A DNA stretch of 63,598 nt, counting the filler, from Circinaria calcarea (taxonomy: Eukaryota): NCBI GenBank assembly GCA_051942165.1. It is 3 parts of 3 records of this genome, joined end to end, with 100 filler letters (N's around TTAATTAATTAA, not from the genome) between each part and the next. Parts side by side here need not be neighbours in the genome. Positions count along the whole stretch, not along the records: positions 21,272 to 42,428 come from JAVECS010000150.1; positions 42,529 to 63,598 come from JAVECS010000151.1; 1 more part is not named here. One strand, given 5' to 3'. Below, piece by piece: positions 38,098-50,048 of the stretch (positions within the stretch are counted from its first letter, which is position 1; every line of letters starts with the position of its first letter). The position numbers and the translations under genes were made by a program. A model generated the notes under the pieces. That model ran no database searches. It was not told the origin of the DNA and saw only the letters and a list, made by a program, of their open reading frames with translations.

Positions 38098-39539
38098 ATG
38101 GATCCTCTCTCGATCACTGCAAGTGTTATAATTGTCACCGGCTTGGCCGGTGCTGTTGTTACGGGCTTGCGAAAGTTGATCGATCTCGGCGACGCACCGA
38201 ACAAGGTGTTCGAAATTGTCAACGAAATCTCCGATTTACGAGCTACATAGCCTTCACAGCCTGAGCGGCATCAGAGAACTCGACTCGGAAACGGTATCGT
38301 TGTTAGCAAGACAACAATTAGCACAGCACCTAGAGGATACCTCGGGAGCTTTGTTAGACCTTGAGAAGATTATTCATTATCGCCTTCTCGCAATTGATCC
38401 AGCGCCAAGCGATGGAAAGTGGAAAGTCAAAAATTTCGTCGATGGGTGCAGGACCGACCCCGAATTACAGAGCTCCAAGAGAAACTTCGGCTGGCCAGGC
38501 AAAAGATTCAGCTAGACTTAAGCACCATCACTGCGTTCCAATTCTCGAACCTGCAAATCAAATTACAAGGTGTTGCTCTCTGTACGGAACGAGCTGATTG
38601 CCGGGGATCCGAGGTGCTCCGAGCGGTTCAGAATCTGGAAGGGAAGATTAACCGTTGCTTGCCGCCGCAGAGAGTCAGGCTGATGCTGGCGTTCTCAGCA
38701 CCAACGCGACTCTGCAGTCATCAGAACAGAGGACTCAAACGCAGCATTTGTTCCACCGGTTCGCATATCGGCAATTCATTGTGTGAAAGACAGCTGTCGG
38801 CCCTGGTGTAGATGTGTTTGCCATCAAAAGCAGCACATTCAGACCCCGTCCTTGGTTTGGCCCCTACTGGGATCTCTTCTTGTAGTATACCAAGGAGGCG
38901 TGCTCCACAAAAACGAGTGCAACGAATTTTCCTGTAAACGGAGAAGCATATCCACAATCGGAATTACCTATTTTTTTCCCTGGTTGGTTGATATCTAAAG
39001 CGTTGGTGATCGCGTTTGATGGGCCGAAGGCATCTCTTGCCGCCCTACGTGTGCCCCGGAACATGATCCCGTATTCTATGGTACCATGCCAATTGTGGAA
39101 ATATCCAAACTCTTAGGTTTTTGATGATTACCAATCGTTGTTCTCCACTGGATGTTTACTCTGATGGATGGTCTCTTTTACATGTGAGGAATACACTTAG
39201 CTAAATATTTAATGCAACTCTGCTAAAGTATGAATGACAGTGGGCTGTCAGCACAAGTCACATTGATACCGCTAAAGGTTTACTGGACCTAGGAGCTGAC
39301 CCCGACCTGCAAGATAGATACTCCTTGTAAGTTGAAGAAACTCTGGGTATCATCTATCAGCTTACATTTCGTAGTTCTGCCAAAAATCTAGCTCTATATG
39401 CAGCGTTTGAGTGTGGAAAGCAAGCGTGGGCATCAGTATTTGATATTACGTCATGGGCTGAGGAGTAGGAATTCTCACGTCTTCATCATATTGTACTTGA
39501 TATTTATCCTGGTGATCTGAGGCATGAGCTTGAATATTC
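38098..39539 (+). pseudogene. MDPLS-type N-terminal domain / ankyrin repeat protein, frameshifted and truncated by a solo LTR
   Basis: MDPLSITASVII...EISDLR; CRPWCRCVCH...LGSLLVVYQG..C...ITYFFPW; DGWSLLH|WAVSTSHIDTAKGLLDLGADP; several frameshifts and stops. Confidence 0.7.
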
Positions 39540-39670
39540 TGTTGGAATTCACCCTGTAAACCCGACTAGGCTTAGCGGCGTGTTGCCCTTCCATAGCATA
39601 AATAGCGGGCACACACACATACGAATGCAAGCAACCTTCATATTCTGCATGCCCACCTGCCCGTCCAACA
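39540..39670 (+). mobile_element. Solo LTR, family B (131 bp)
   Basis: TGTTGGA...TCCAACA; shares GGCGTGTTGCCCTTCCATAGCATAAATAGCGGGCACACACACATA with the reverse complement of 30476-30607; flanks TATTC/TGGAA do not form a TSD. Confidence 0.82.
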
Positions 39671-41450
39671 TGGAAGAGGAAGACGAGGACGCTGGCTTGA
39701 GCGTAGAGACTCCCTCCGAATTGTATTTGCAGTATAATACAATTCGGGGTTATGTCTCTGCGGGTATACTGCTGCGCAGGTACCCAATGTCGCTGCCGCT
39801 GCCTTCGGCTGGAAATTACGGTAGTATACCCTTTTCTTTCGTTTTTGATCGGTGTTCTAGCTAATTATATACAGGTAAAACTAACCAGCACGGCCGCATC
39901 GGGTATGGTACGGCCTTGCGACATCGCAACCCCCTGGCCTACCCGTCGGCAGCGCCGCCAGTAGTCCAAACAGTCCAGTCCAGAGGCTGGACTGTGACTG
40001 GCTTGGCAGTCTGAAGGGTGGACTGGGACTGGTAGTCTGGACTGTAGTCTGGACTGCCAAGACTTAGTTTACACGACATGACGTTAGAAAAAACCTAATC
40101 AAGACTAGCTTAGGATTAGCGTCAGTCCGGAGAATCAAAACTCCGAAAGCTACCCACTATTTTCCTTACAGTTGAATATAGTACGGTGAGTGCTACTACA
40201 CGACCTGTTGGTGGAACCACTATTGCATTGAAGATTAATTAACTAGCTACGCTCTACTAGCAGAGATATACTCTGCCACTATCACGCTAAGCCTCATTGG
40301 GTGCCATAACTATAGTCATGGTAGTTAGTGATCAGGAATGCACCGTATTTCAACTCTTACGATTAATTTCTTTTAAAATTAGTACCTGGACTGCAGTCCA
40401 GACTGACAGTCTAGTCCAGCTATCCTGGACTGTGACTGACAGTTCAGTCCGGACCGCTGGACTACTGGCGGCCCTGCCCGTCGGGGCTTTATCGTTCTTC
40501 TTGTTCTGGAGGTGGCATTGCTCTGGAGAGTCTTTCCCTTGCTTTCGTACCAGTCGTGACTGGTACGATATAAAGCTTCTAAAAAGGGATAATGCCCACC
40601 TCACAACCCGTCTTTCGGATCCTATGGCAGGGACCTGGATCCACCGCATCTATAATGCGAGTGGGATCGTCGCCTCTTGAACAGGACACGCCCCTCGACG
40701 AACTACGCCGAAGCATGGGGAGGATAACGGAGTGACCGAGGACCAGGTAAATCTTCCTTCTTATACTTATGTTGGCTAGATACATAGTAACTACGTCTAT
40801 AGATACGTCGTGCGGGACGTTGGAATGCAGACCAGATGACTGGCTGCTATCTAACGTCTTTGCCACGGCAATGGATGCGCGGGATAGCGGATTTCGATCC
40901 TGACTATTCCGGCTCCTATTTTTTGCCTCGCGCGACTGTTGCTCCTCCGCTCTCCCTGCAGCAATGTGTCTGGCCCGCCCTGGAAGGGTAGAGAGCTGCG
41001 CACATGCAGCTTTCAGGAGCAAGGGAGGTTGTGGAACCGAACCTGGCTGCAGGTGCGTTTCTAGAGCTTCTTTCGAAGCTTAGAGAAATGTTTTTACAGG
41101 TAAGTATGCCTTCTTTTTCACTAGTTTTCATGATTAATTCAGCTAACTACTTTATATAGGATTCTGTCTTCTTTCTGGAGGCCTTTCCCGCTCACCCTCT
41201 CTTCCGCCACCCCCTTTTCGCCTCCTCGGAGTACCTTGCCTTCGCCCAGGCAGTGAAGCGAGCTGTCGAGCTCGTAAAAGAGGAGGACCCACACTCGATC
41301 ATGGTGGAGAAGGCGATGCCTGCCGTTGCCGAGCGTCCACGGACCTTTTCTGGCATCGTGCAGACAGGACTCAGCGGCCTGGACATGAGGCTTATGATTA
41401 TTTATGAGTTCTTCTGTGATTACAACGTCCCAGGCAAAACAAACCTTAGC
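39671..41450 (+). mobile_element. Degenerate Crypton (tyrosine recombinase DNA transposon, NDC10-II-like)
   Basis: ETPSELYLQYNTIRGYVSA; GKTNQHGRIGYGTALRHRNP; VGALSFFLFWRW..FPCFRTSRDWYDIKLLK; IRRAGRWNADQMTGCYLTSLPRQWMRGIADF (catalytic W and Y); AAGAFLELLSKLREMFLQ|DSV..HPLFRHPLF. Confidence 0.82.
39950..40476. mobile_element. hAT-family MITE (527 bp) nested in the Crypton
   Basis: TIRs CAGCGCCGCCAGTAGTCC / GGACTACTGGCGGCCCTG; perfect 8-bp TSD CCCGTCGG (39942-39949 / 40477-40484); subterminal GGACTG/CAGTCC repeats. Confidence 0.9.
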
Positions 41451-41459
41451 GTGTTTTTT

Positions 41460-41638
41460 TGTCAAACCTTTTGGGTTTAGCTCCTCGGGCCTACGATGTT
41501 CCTAGCGTCTACACACGCGCGTACATAGCTAGATTCTCTCGCTGCACTTCCTACAGCATACACAGCATACATACATAGTGGTAGTATCACTCATTCTCTT
41601 CACTTCCATTGCTGCCGTAGTGACTCAGTAGCTTCACA
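41460..41638 (+). mobile_element. Solo LTR-like repeat, family C (gypsy-like ends)
   Basis: TGTCAAACCTTTTGGGTTTAGCTCCTCGGGC...GTAGCTTCACA, flanked by TTTTT on both sides. Confidence 0.7.
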
Positions 41639-41821
41639 TTTTTCCTTCTCCCCGGAAACCTCAACCACGACCGTATAAATTACGGAAAAGGGGAGGACTA
41701 TTATAAAGGAATAATGCGATATATATATTTATCTTTTTTTTAAAAAAATTCAAGGCGTGGTTTGAGTCTGCTGCAAAAGTTGTCAAAATTTTGCGCTAAT
41801 ATTTTGTTTTGCCTGGGATGT

Positions 41822-41974
41822 TGTCAAACCTTTTGGGTTAGCTCCTCGGGCGCATGTTATTCCGAACGCTCACACGCAGCATACGTAGCATAGCAGACCA
41901 TACACACGCAGTTGTAGCAGGAGTCATTCTTTCATTCATTTATCGATACCGTATAGTGACGGCGTAGCTTGACA
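41822..41974 (+). mobile_element. Solo LTR-like repeat, family C, second diverged copy
   Basis: TGTCAAACCTTTTGGGTTAGCTCCTCGGGC...GTAGCTTGACA; direct repeat of 41460-41638; no clean TSD. Confidence 0.7.
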
Positions 41975-42428
41975 CGATACTTGAGTACAAGGGCCGGGTA
42001 ATATTCCAGAGCAATTTATGAACGCCTACAATGCGAATGTCCGGGTTCGTCCAGATGGAAGTACCGAAGAGAGCGACGCCGAAGAAGCCCTCGAGGTTAT
42101 CGATGCTACTTCCCCTCGCCGGTCGAAGAAGAAACGCAAGTCCATGTCTACGCAGGCGATTGCGCTAAGGGAGCAGCAGGAAGAAGCACTTCCGAGTCCT
42201 AGGCGCAAGCCTTCCGGGGGCTAGGAGAGGTGGGGTCTAGGTTAGACGCTGGTAGACCCTGTAATCAGTCGATTATCTAATATGGGCAATCTACTTGTGA
42301 AGAGGGGAGGGTTGGAAAAGAAGGAGCGTTGATTCCGTAGGCGAAATGATCTTATGTACGCTATCCGCTCAGGGTTGAGTTAGTGCATGGAACATCGCTG
42401 ACATAGCCTAATATTAGCAGTCGAAGGG

Positions 42429-42528
42429 NNNNNNNNNNNNNNNNNNNNNNNNNNNNNNNNNNNNNNNNNNNNTTAATTAATTAANNNNNNNNNNNNNNNN
42501 NNNNNNNNNNNNNNNNNNNNNNNNNNNN
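42429..42528. other. Assembly gap with artificial TTAATTAATTAA linker
   Basis: N-run with the ttaattaattaa spacer. Confidence 0.95.
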
Positions 42529-42783
42529 GTTGCCATGTATTGAGTTGGGAAAGATTGACAGTATTGAGGCCGGCAAGGGTCATGGCGCTGACAGTGATAA
42601 AGATAGAGTCTATATAGCTGACACTTCTCGGAGGAGTAGACGAGGCCCAGAAGATAACACTGGAAAGCAGACACATCCCGATGAAGTAGGCATAGTGCAG
42701 AGTAATGAACGTCAGCGGAGGTAGGTACGGGCGCAGCGAGCGTAAAGGCTTCGTAATGGCAGCTGTAGGACGTGATTCGGCAT
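42529..42783 (-). pseudogene. Trk-type K+ transporter N-terminus (frameshift; runs into the gap)
   Basis: LTFITLHYAYFIGMCLLSSVIFW...SYIDSIFITVSAMTLAGLNTVNLSQLNTWQ; the ATG at 42783 is out of frame with this segment (shift near 42715). Confidence 0.75.
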
Positions 42784-44171
42784 GATGGTACTGTATATAT
42801 TCGATCAGTATGTTCCGAAGGCCAGAAACTCATAGCAGTCTAGGACTTACCATCATCTTCGAGACTTACTTAAGAGGATTCAGAAAGACTGGGTGTTGAC
42901 AATGAACAACTAGCTAAAGCCCCTTGCAGAGGAAGGAAATGCCGCCCGATTTACTTCTTCGCAATCATCCCGATCTCTTCTCCTTTGAGATTGCAACCGG
43001 TAATCTAGAGTTAGCATCTTGCGTGAAGTACTGCGGTGAGGGAAGATTTTTGAACTGAAACTGACATTTCATAGGCAGTGTCCTCAACAACGTTGGACTT
43101 ACGTAATGGCGGCATGCCCTGGCAGACAAAGACAATACCCACTTTCTAAAGGACAATCATCATAAGCTATGCATTTGGCATAGCGTTTACTGTATTCTCC
43201 TAGCCATTGAGCTTATTGTGGCCACTTATACTGACGTGCATTCCATGATTCTAATCTATAATACAGTCTCTCCTACGAACAACTACTTGGGTCATTGGAT
43301 CAAAGTACTACTTTGCAAGCAGCTTATCAGAGAATTTAGGGAATATATCCTAGTTATCATTTTCTACAGGGTTAAACTTTATTTAAACTGGAGGTCTTTC
43401 CATACTGATATCCAGTCTTACATTCGGCTTGAAGTCCATCATACAACACGTGCCTAGCATAAAATTTAGATCCTTAGGTACCCAGATCATCTCCGCCTTC
43501 CGTCGACGCTCTAAGAGAACCCATCCATCCACTTATTTATTGGATGTAAGATTTACCAGAAACGCTTGGACGAACGGGCTTCCACCTTTTACAGTCATGA
43601 TGACTTGATATTGACTGCCTTGTCCGGATCATCCTAATAAAGGTACAAATATCAGCAATTGCTATCTTATAGTGCGCGATTAAGACTGCTTACTTTGCTT
43701 TTCACTTTCCAGAATGTAGCAGATGCGGTGTGGCAATGGTTGGGATTTTTCTATTTGTGGATGGATTTGTTGGCTCTTGCATCTACTTCTTCATCCCATG
43801 GCTTTGCCAAGACCTTGTCGTGATTCTGCATCCTGTTCAGGGCCTTGCAGGGCCTTCCATGTGCGCACCTCGCGGTGGTGACCAGCACCTGAGCATACCA
43901 TCACAATTTCCTTCATCTTATGCATCAGATACTTCGGGTCAAAGAACATGTCGCCTTTGTTTCCGGCATGGTATTCACGACGTCCATCGAATGGACTCAA
44001 AGCGGTTGCTTGTCTATATTCCTCCTCATCTAGTTGAGGGTTATTCCTAGCCAATTTAATTTATGAAGGCAGGTTGTTAATGTAACCACTTATGAGAGCT
44101 TGAAAGCCATGGTCGTAGTTATTGTTCATTTTATCAGAGTTACAAAATATGTGCATCTAAACAGGGGCATT

Positions 44172-44650
44172 AAACAGTATACCGAAAGGACGGAGTCTTT
44201 GGTGGAAAAGAGTATGACACCGAAAGGACGAAGCCTTTGGTGAAGATCAAACAGTATACCGAGATGACGAAGCCTCTGGTAAGGGGAGAAATATCTTGAC
44301 GGGTCTTATAGACTGCACTTTTAGGTATTAGCATGGAGTACGCCTACAGGCCAAACCTCCGATGAGAGCTGTCAGTCTCTTAAAAGATTGTACTTACCAC
44401 GCAATACAGCCATGCCCAGGGGTGAGAGGTGGCGGGATTACGACGTGGATTCACGGACTGCACCGCGAGGTACAGCCCTACCTCATCAGAAGGGCGAAAC
44501 TATCGGCGAAAGAGAAGAAAGGGAAAGGGGGAAGTTTCTTGACGGGTCTTACAGACCGCACTGTTAGGTGTTAATACGGAAGTACATCTCCAGTGCCATG
44601 GATCTTGGGCATGCGTCAGACTCACCACGCAATGCAGTCCTGCCCGGGTA
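44172..44650. repeat. Nested tandem duplications: ~38-bp unit x3 plus a ~240-bp-period direct repeat
   Basis: ACCGA(A/G)A(G/T)GACG(G/A)AG(T/C)CT(T/C)TGGT x3 at 44172-44282; TCTTGACGGGTCTTA.AGAC.GCACT.TTAGGT at ~44294 and ~44537; ACCACGCAAT at ~44396 and ~44624. Confidence 0.75.
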
Positions 44651-45741
44651 TTGATTAAGCCAGGTACCCAACAGCAAGAGCTTATAGATGGATGCGTCGG
44701 CCGTCCAGAAGCAGCAGTTTGACGAGAAAGATTTGTTGTTGTTGTTGCTGCTGTGGTTGTGGTTGTGATTGTAGTTGTGTGAGGATAGAAGATGAAGAGA
44801 GCTGCTTTTCGGGGTTTAGAAATGCGTAGATCACCCAGCCAGCAGGGAGTGATCGTGTTGTGAATGCTTTGTTGAATTGCGTGGAGATTAAATGGCGATC
44901 AAGCGAGCCCTAATCGCTAAGCGTAAACTCACACATTACGCTAGCGCCACTGATTTGTATGGAGGTGGTAATTTTATGATTTTGGCCTCCATACGAATTC
45001 AATTTTACCCCTGTTACCGGGGACATGACCGCAAGCGGAGTCTGAAGAATTTTGGCACACACTCTAGAGTATGCCGAGTAAAGCAACGGGCTTGATTTCG
45101 CCTCTATATATCTATCTACAACTTTGTAACCCATCCAGTCGATGGTCATGAAGCAGACAATTTACATGGGCTACCTTCCTTGGACGTAGACGTCGTAAGG
45201 GCCAATGCTATGCACAAGTGCAAGACTATGACCATTAAAGATCCTTTGCCAGAGCGATGTCGAAGACGCTCGGCTCTCTTCATGCCTAGCAGCGATGAGC
45301 CAAATCGCAGTGTCTAATATATACACCGTCATGCCCCCAAGGATCACTCATGGCACCGATTGAGAGCAGGATCTCATCACACGCTGCCTTCCTCGGTCTT
45401 CTTGTTACCCAAGAAGTAGGTCGGTCCACTGGAAGCGTATGTAGTCCATCTGTTGCAACGAGTAGCTTCGAGAGTAGCGGGCTTTGCTTTAGATCGGCGT
45501 GGCTTGAGTGGTCCGAACAAAACCGGTTATCGTAGTCATACTCGTAATTTCTACTTGAATCTTTCTGAGCCAGCTAGCCGTCTTGTACCGGTTAGTATAT
45601 TGGAGTTTAAATGCAGGTAGTACGATTTCATGTGCTCGTTACTCGTAGAGCTAAGCAGGTTGAAAATGTGACCCGGGGGCGAATGTGCGGCGGTGATGTA
45701 TCTTGTTCAAAGACGAAGGACCTCGCAACTGACAGGACCAG

Positions 45742-47227
45742 TCAAGGTCTGCGTGCAGTGATGATGTGCCTACATAGTTGGACGTTAGCCGAGTTGCTAG
45801 GATTTCCGGATGTGTTCTACGTCATGACGTGTTCTTTGTCCCGCCATGTTCCATTAGGTTGAACAGATTGCTTTAAGAGCGCGGATGATATTCCATCTGG
45901 TAGCAAGCCGGGGAATAGGGTTGGGGGACACTGACAGAAGATTATAGGTATGAGTGCCTCGATTACATACTGCTGTCTTGACATCTTTTACGCATCGTCG
46001 AACCTCTTCTGCGGGCCAGCGATAGACTCTTGTCAGTGGACCGAGGCCCATAGCTTCAGTTGCTTCGCACAAGCCCAAGTTGTACCATCTTCCGATTATC
46101 TTCTGGTGCGGATCAGAAGACCAACCGTTGATTGGCAAGCGAATGATGTTGTCTTCAATATCCACGAACCCTTGAGCTTGCAGCATTTGACAAGTCTGAT
46201 CCTGATACTGGATAGGGACACCTGGTCGTCTCGTAGCATCATCTAGCCAGTTGTACCATTGGATTATCGGAGAATTGTCAGGGAGGGTACCATCATCACA
46301 ACGTGGCTGAAGATCAATTTCGACCTGCTCAATGTGACCATAGCCGGGTTTGAGGTGTCTGGAAAGCACACCAGATCAGTATACTTTCCAAAGTATTCAA
46401 AGCCGAACGAAATGGCATACTTGAAGATCTTCTGATACATCTCTGGCCAGCTCGATACACTTCCCGAAGCCATACGAAGATGTATAAGATCCCACGATTC
46501 CTCGCCCAGGGACCATGGACTTTCAAAATCTCGAGGGATACGGAAACGGAGGTTCGGCGGAATTCTGCAAATTTGTTAGAATCCCTTACTTGACGATTGT
46601 GAAGTGACCAGTTACTGCTGAGGTTGTATATTGACCAGATCCAACCCCACTACCTATATGTTACCGCGTCAATCATGCTAATCGGAATTGAGGCGGAAGG
46701 GCATGTTTACTTCTGCCGTCGGGTATTTGCTGTGTGAAGCATCAGCTATCAGCACTTTGATCGCCATATTCCACTCGGAGGGACTAACTCTGCCATGTCT
46801 ATTGCCCATATGCCTGTTCCAGTCCCCAAATCAAGGATTCGAGGTCCATCGTAATTGGGTATGAGTGGTGCTTTGTGCAATTGATCGTGACGCGCGACGA
46901 GGAAGAGCTTATGGTAGATATCTAAGCGATCTTGCTCTTGCTGGTGGTCAATGGGCGTCAGTGTCTGGCGTTCCAGGGAAAGGTTACCAGGAGCTCCTTA
47001 CTTCGTCGCATGGGTACATGTAGATACCCTTCCGAAATCCATGGAATTCGCGTCCGTTCTCGATGTGGTTCGGCGGTATGGGAATCGCAGTCCTGCGAGC
47101 ACTATGAGTAACCTGCCCGGTATTTATAACCCATACCCACTCACCCGTTCATTGCTAGGCGAATTGTTGAGATTGCAGTCGAGGGTGTATCCAGTTCCGT
47201 CACTGAAGTATTCGACATACGGCTCAT
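45742..47227 (-). CDS. laeA: LaeA-type SAM-dependent methyltransferase, global secondary metabolism regulator (multi-exon; start 47227 or in-frame 47152)
   Basis: [87 protein letters not shown], terminal HIITARRP*. Confidence 0.85.
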
Positions 47228-50048
47228 TAGATGAACGAACGGAAGGCTGATTCGGTTAATCCAGCAAAGTCTTCCGCCAAGAATCCACAATTCACACCAG
47301 GCTAACTAAAGCTGCCTGAACAGTTTCCAACTGGCCAGAGACGACGCTGATGAGGGACGGACCGATTAGATACTTGACTCTCCCATCGATAGGTCTTAAG
47401 CGAATGATGGAAGAACGTGGCGGGCAGCTGTGGTAGAACGAGAGGCGGAAAAGTCAAGTGGAAGGAGTGGAAGAAATGAAGATCCCCAGAAAGGATGGTG
47501 CTTTTGTGGTCACATCCCGCGAGCGACATTCGCTCTCATCTCTCATCCTCGGTGCTGGGCCCTTGGAATTGATCCCGCTAGTATATCCAGCACGCTGGGA
47601 CCGGACCACGAGCCTTGTCCCTTGTCCCTTGTCCTGATCCCTGTCCCCGGCCCATGAGGAACTTTAGTCTGGCTTGTCTGAGATAAAGGGCGTTTGGGAT
47701 TTCGCACTATCCCTCGCCTGACAGCCCTTGTGACCCTTTACACGAGTAGCCGTGGGGCCTTTCTCTGCAGGCTTTTGCTCCTCGACCTCCTTGAAGTCCC
47801 TCGTGCAGCCGAGAGCTTTTTCTCTCGGGCCTAGTCCAAATTCCCCCAATCTCTACAAATAATCTCTCGGGGCTCCAATGTTAAATCCTGGGACGGTGTC
47901 GACGCCCATGCTCCCCAAATCTCTGGCACCGAGCCGCGCATTCCGTCCGGCACCCCGCGACTACTGCAGCAGTTGTCAGACCTCGACCCCCGGGCATGAT
48001 GAAGTCGATGAGATCTTACGCCTGGCGGGTTGCGTGAACAAGATATTCTCGTGCGCAAGCAACGGGGATGACTATATACGTCGGATCTATTGAGAAGAAG
48101 CAACCTTCTTCGCTCCTGGAGTTTCCTCCGTTTATCCTCGAGCATCTCCAGAAAACCGTCGACAAATCCCCGACGGCCCAGGAATTGCGTTACCTCACCG
48201 CGCATAAGCCATGCGCAGGCGAGAACGTGTGCGAAAGCCCATGCAGCACCAACACAGATCACCCACTCTCTACTCCCGACCAATGACAGCTGCGTCGCCG
48301 AAGCACTTCACCCGGCCACTCCACCAGCATTTAAGTTGGATGTCCATGATCGGCCGTCTTCCCTTAGCTCGAAAGGTGTGCCGGGGATCGAGGCGCATTC
48401 ACATTAGTGTGGATGTCATCGGTGAGGACTTGATTGACCCAATTACTGGATCTGCCTGTCCCGACGCAGTGGTGACTACAAGCCCGTTGTGTCTACAGAT
48501 CGCGCTGTCCCCTCGTCCCGTTAGCCTTGCCCACCATTCTTGTTTTTCGACCCCTCCTCTATGGCGACGTCTCTCCACCACAAGGTCTTGTCGCGAATGC
48601 AGGGCTGACACCTGTAAGAGACAAGTGGTCCGCGTTGCTGATTTACTCGTCCGCTGTAACGGTGATTCGAGGACTCGCCCGGATCGATCGGGCGAGTATT
48701 GCAGAATGCCTGCGCATGAGTTAATGTCGGGATTCTGGAAGGGGAATGGATGCGCTCGCTCCCTCCGGTTGATTAGCATCGGAAGAGACGTGCTGTCGGA
48801 TCACTCTCCTGTGTAATACATAAGCCGACTCTAGACTTGCGACAGCCGGTCGGTTTTGTACGGGGCTGTGGGTTGGGCCGCTATGTCCAATTCAGGTGGG
48901 CTCTTCCAAGACAACCTCCGAAATGTGCTTGTACCATTCTCTCGGGCTCAGACTTGATCCACATTGCACGGGAAGACCAATTCCACCCGATGTCGGGCTG
49001 GAGTGGTTGGTGCCCTGTTGTTCCACCGTCACCAGAAACCTGCCGTGTCGGAAGATTCCAAAGGTCCCAGCACACCGGTTGTCCCATGAAGGTTGGCAGG
49101 GGCTGTCGTGTTCTAGCGTGGAACGAAAATGCGGGATGCATTCACGCTAATGCCGTCCGATGCCCTGACCGCTTCGAGCATTGATACCCGCCGCATTCAT
49201 TTATCTGGGAAATGAAACGAAAGAGGAAAATAAAAGGATCAGCAATCCCCTCGGGTATCCATCGTCGCGCCTATGCACGCTGCAATCCTGCGCTGGATAT
49301 ATGCCCTTGTATGGCTCAGGGCCGTGTACGGAGTAAGCACCACATTCTCCACCGACAGGAGAAGGCTCGGGGTCGATAGCGTGGTCGACTCACGCCAGAT
49401 GCCTATCTTATCGCCCTTTAGTCCACATCCTACCGAGTATTTGTTAATGTCTCCCTGACTTTAGACTTCCGGTACGTCGACATGCGGTAAGAGGCTTGCG
49501 ATCCGGCTTGTAGCTGCAGCATCCGTAACCTACCTACATCCGACTGTTGTACAAATCCGCAATTACCGCTGGTGATATTACGGGGTCGGTGATCACGATG
49601 ACCACATCTTTGGTCACGCCGTACATGGTAATTGGAGAAAAGGCCCCTCCATGAACCTTGCAGGCGAGCCCAACTGGCTGCATGCTCCTTCTAGACAACG
49701 AAGGAACGGTGCAGGATAGGATGTGCCGATCGTATTCTATGCCGAGTGAGTTTTCGGCTCACAGTGTACGAGAGGTCGCGGAGCTTCAGGGCCACGTTGT
49801 GGTGAAACACATGGCGGTGACGATGAGTAGGGTACTACTTCTAAAATAGCAGACTGACCTGATTGACGATAGATGACCTGCATTCCAGCGGGAAAAGGTT
49901 TTATGTTGGCCGCCTACCATTAGTCTAAAAGCGGAAGATTGTAGATTTCGGCTATGGCAACCCTAGAGTACCGAGCCATGGTCATTGCCTGCCTCTCGTA
50001 GTATCCTCCGAGCAAGGACGGCTGAATTGTATTCGATGCTTCTCGACG

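Noticed and set aside
30476..39670. ~130-bp inverted repeats as TIRs of a single 9-kb transposon or as Starship ends
   Set aside because: Each copy has its own TG..CA termini and the left has its own 5-bp TSD, so they are solo LTRs.
44172..44282. Repeat-spacer-like array suggesting CRISPR
   Set aside because: Eukaryotic context, only three degenerate units, no unique spacers of regular length, no cas genes.
47300..49900. Many overlapping 60-200 aa ORFs upstream of laeA
   Set aside because: No motifs or coding-like composition; expected by chance in GC-balanced intergenic/UTR DNA.
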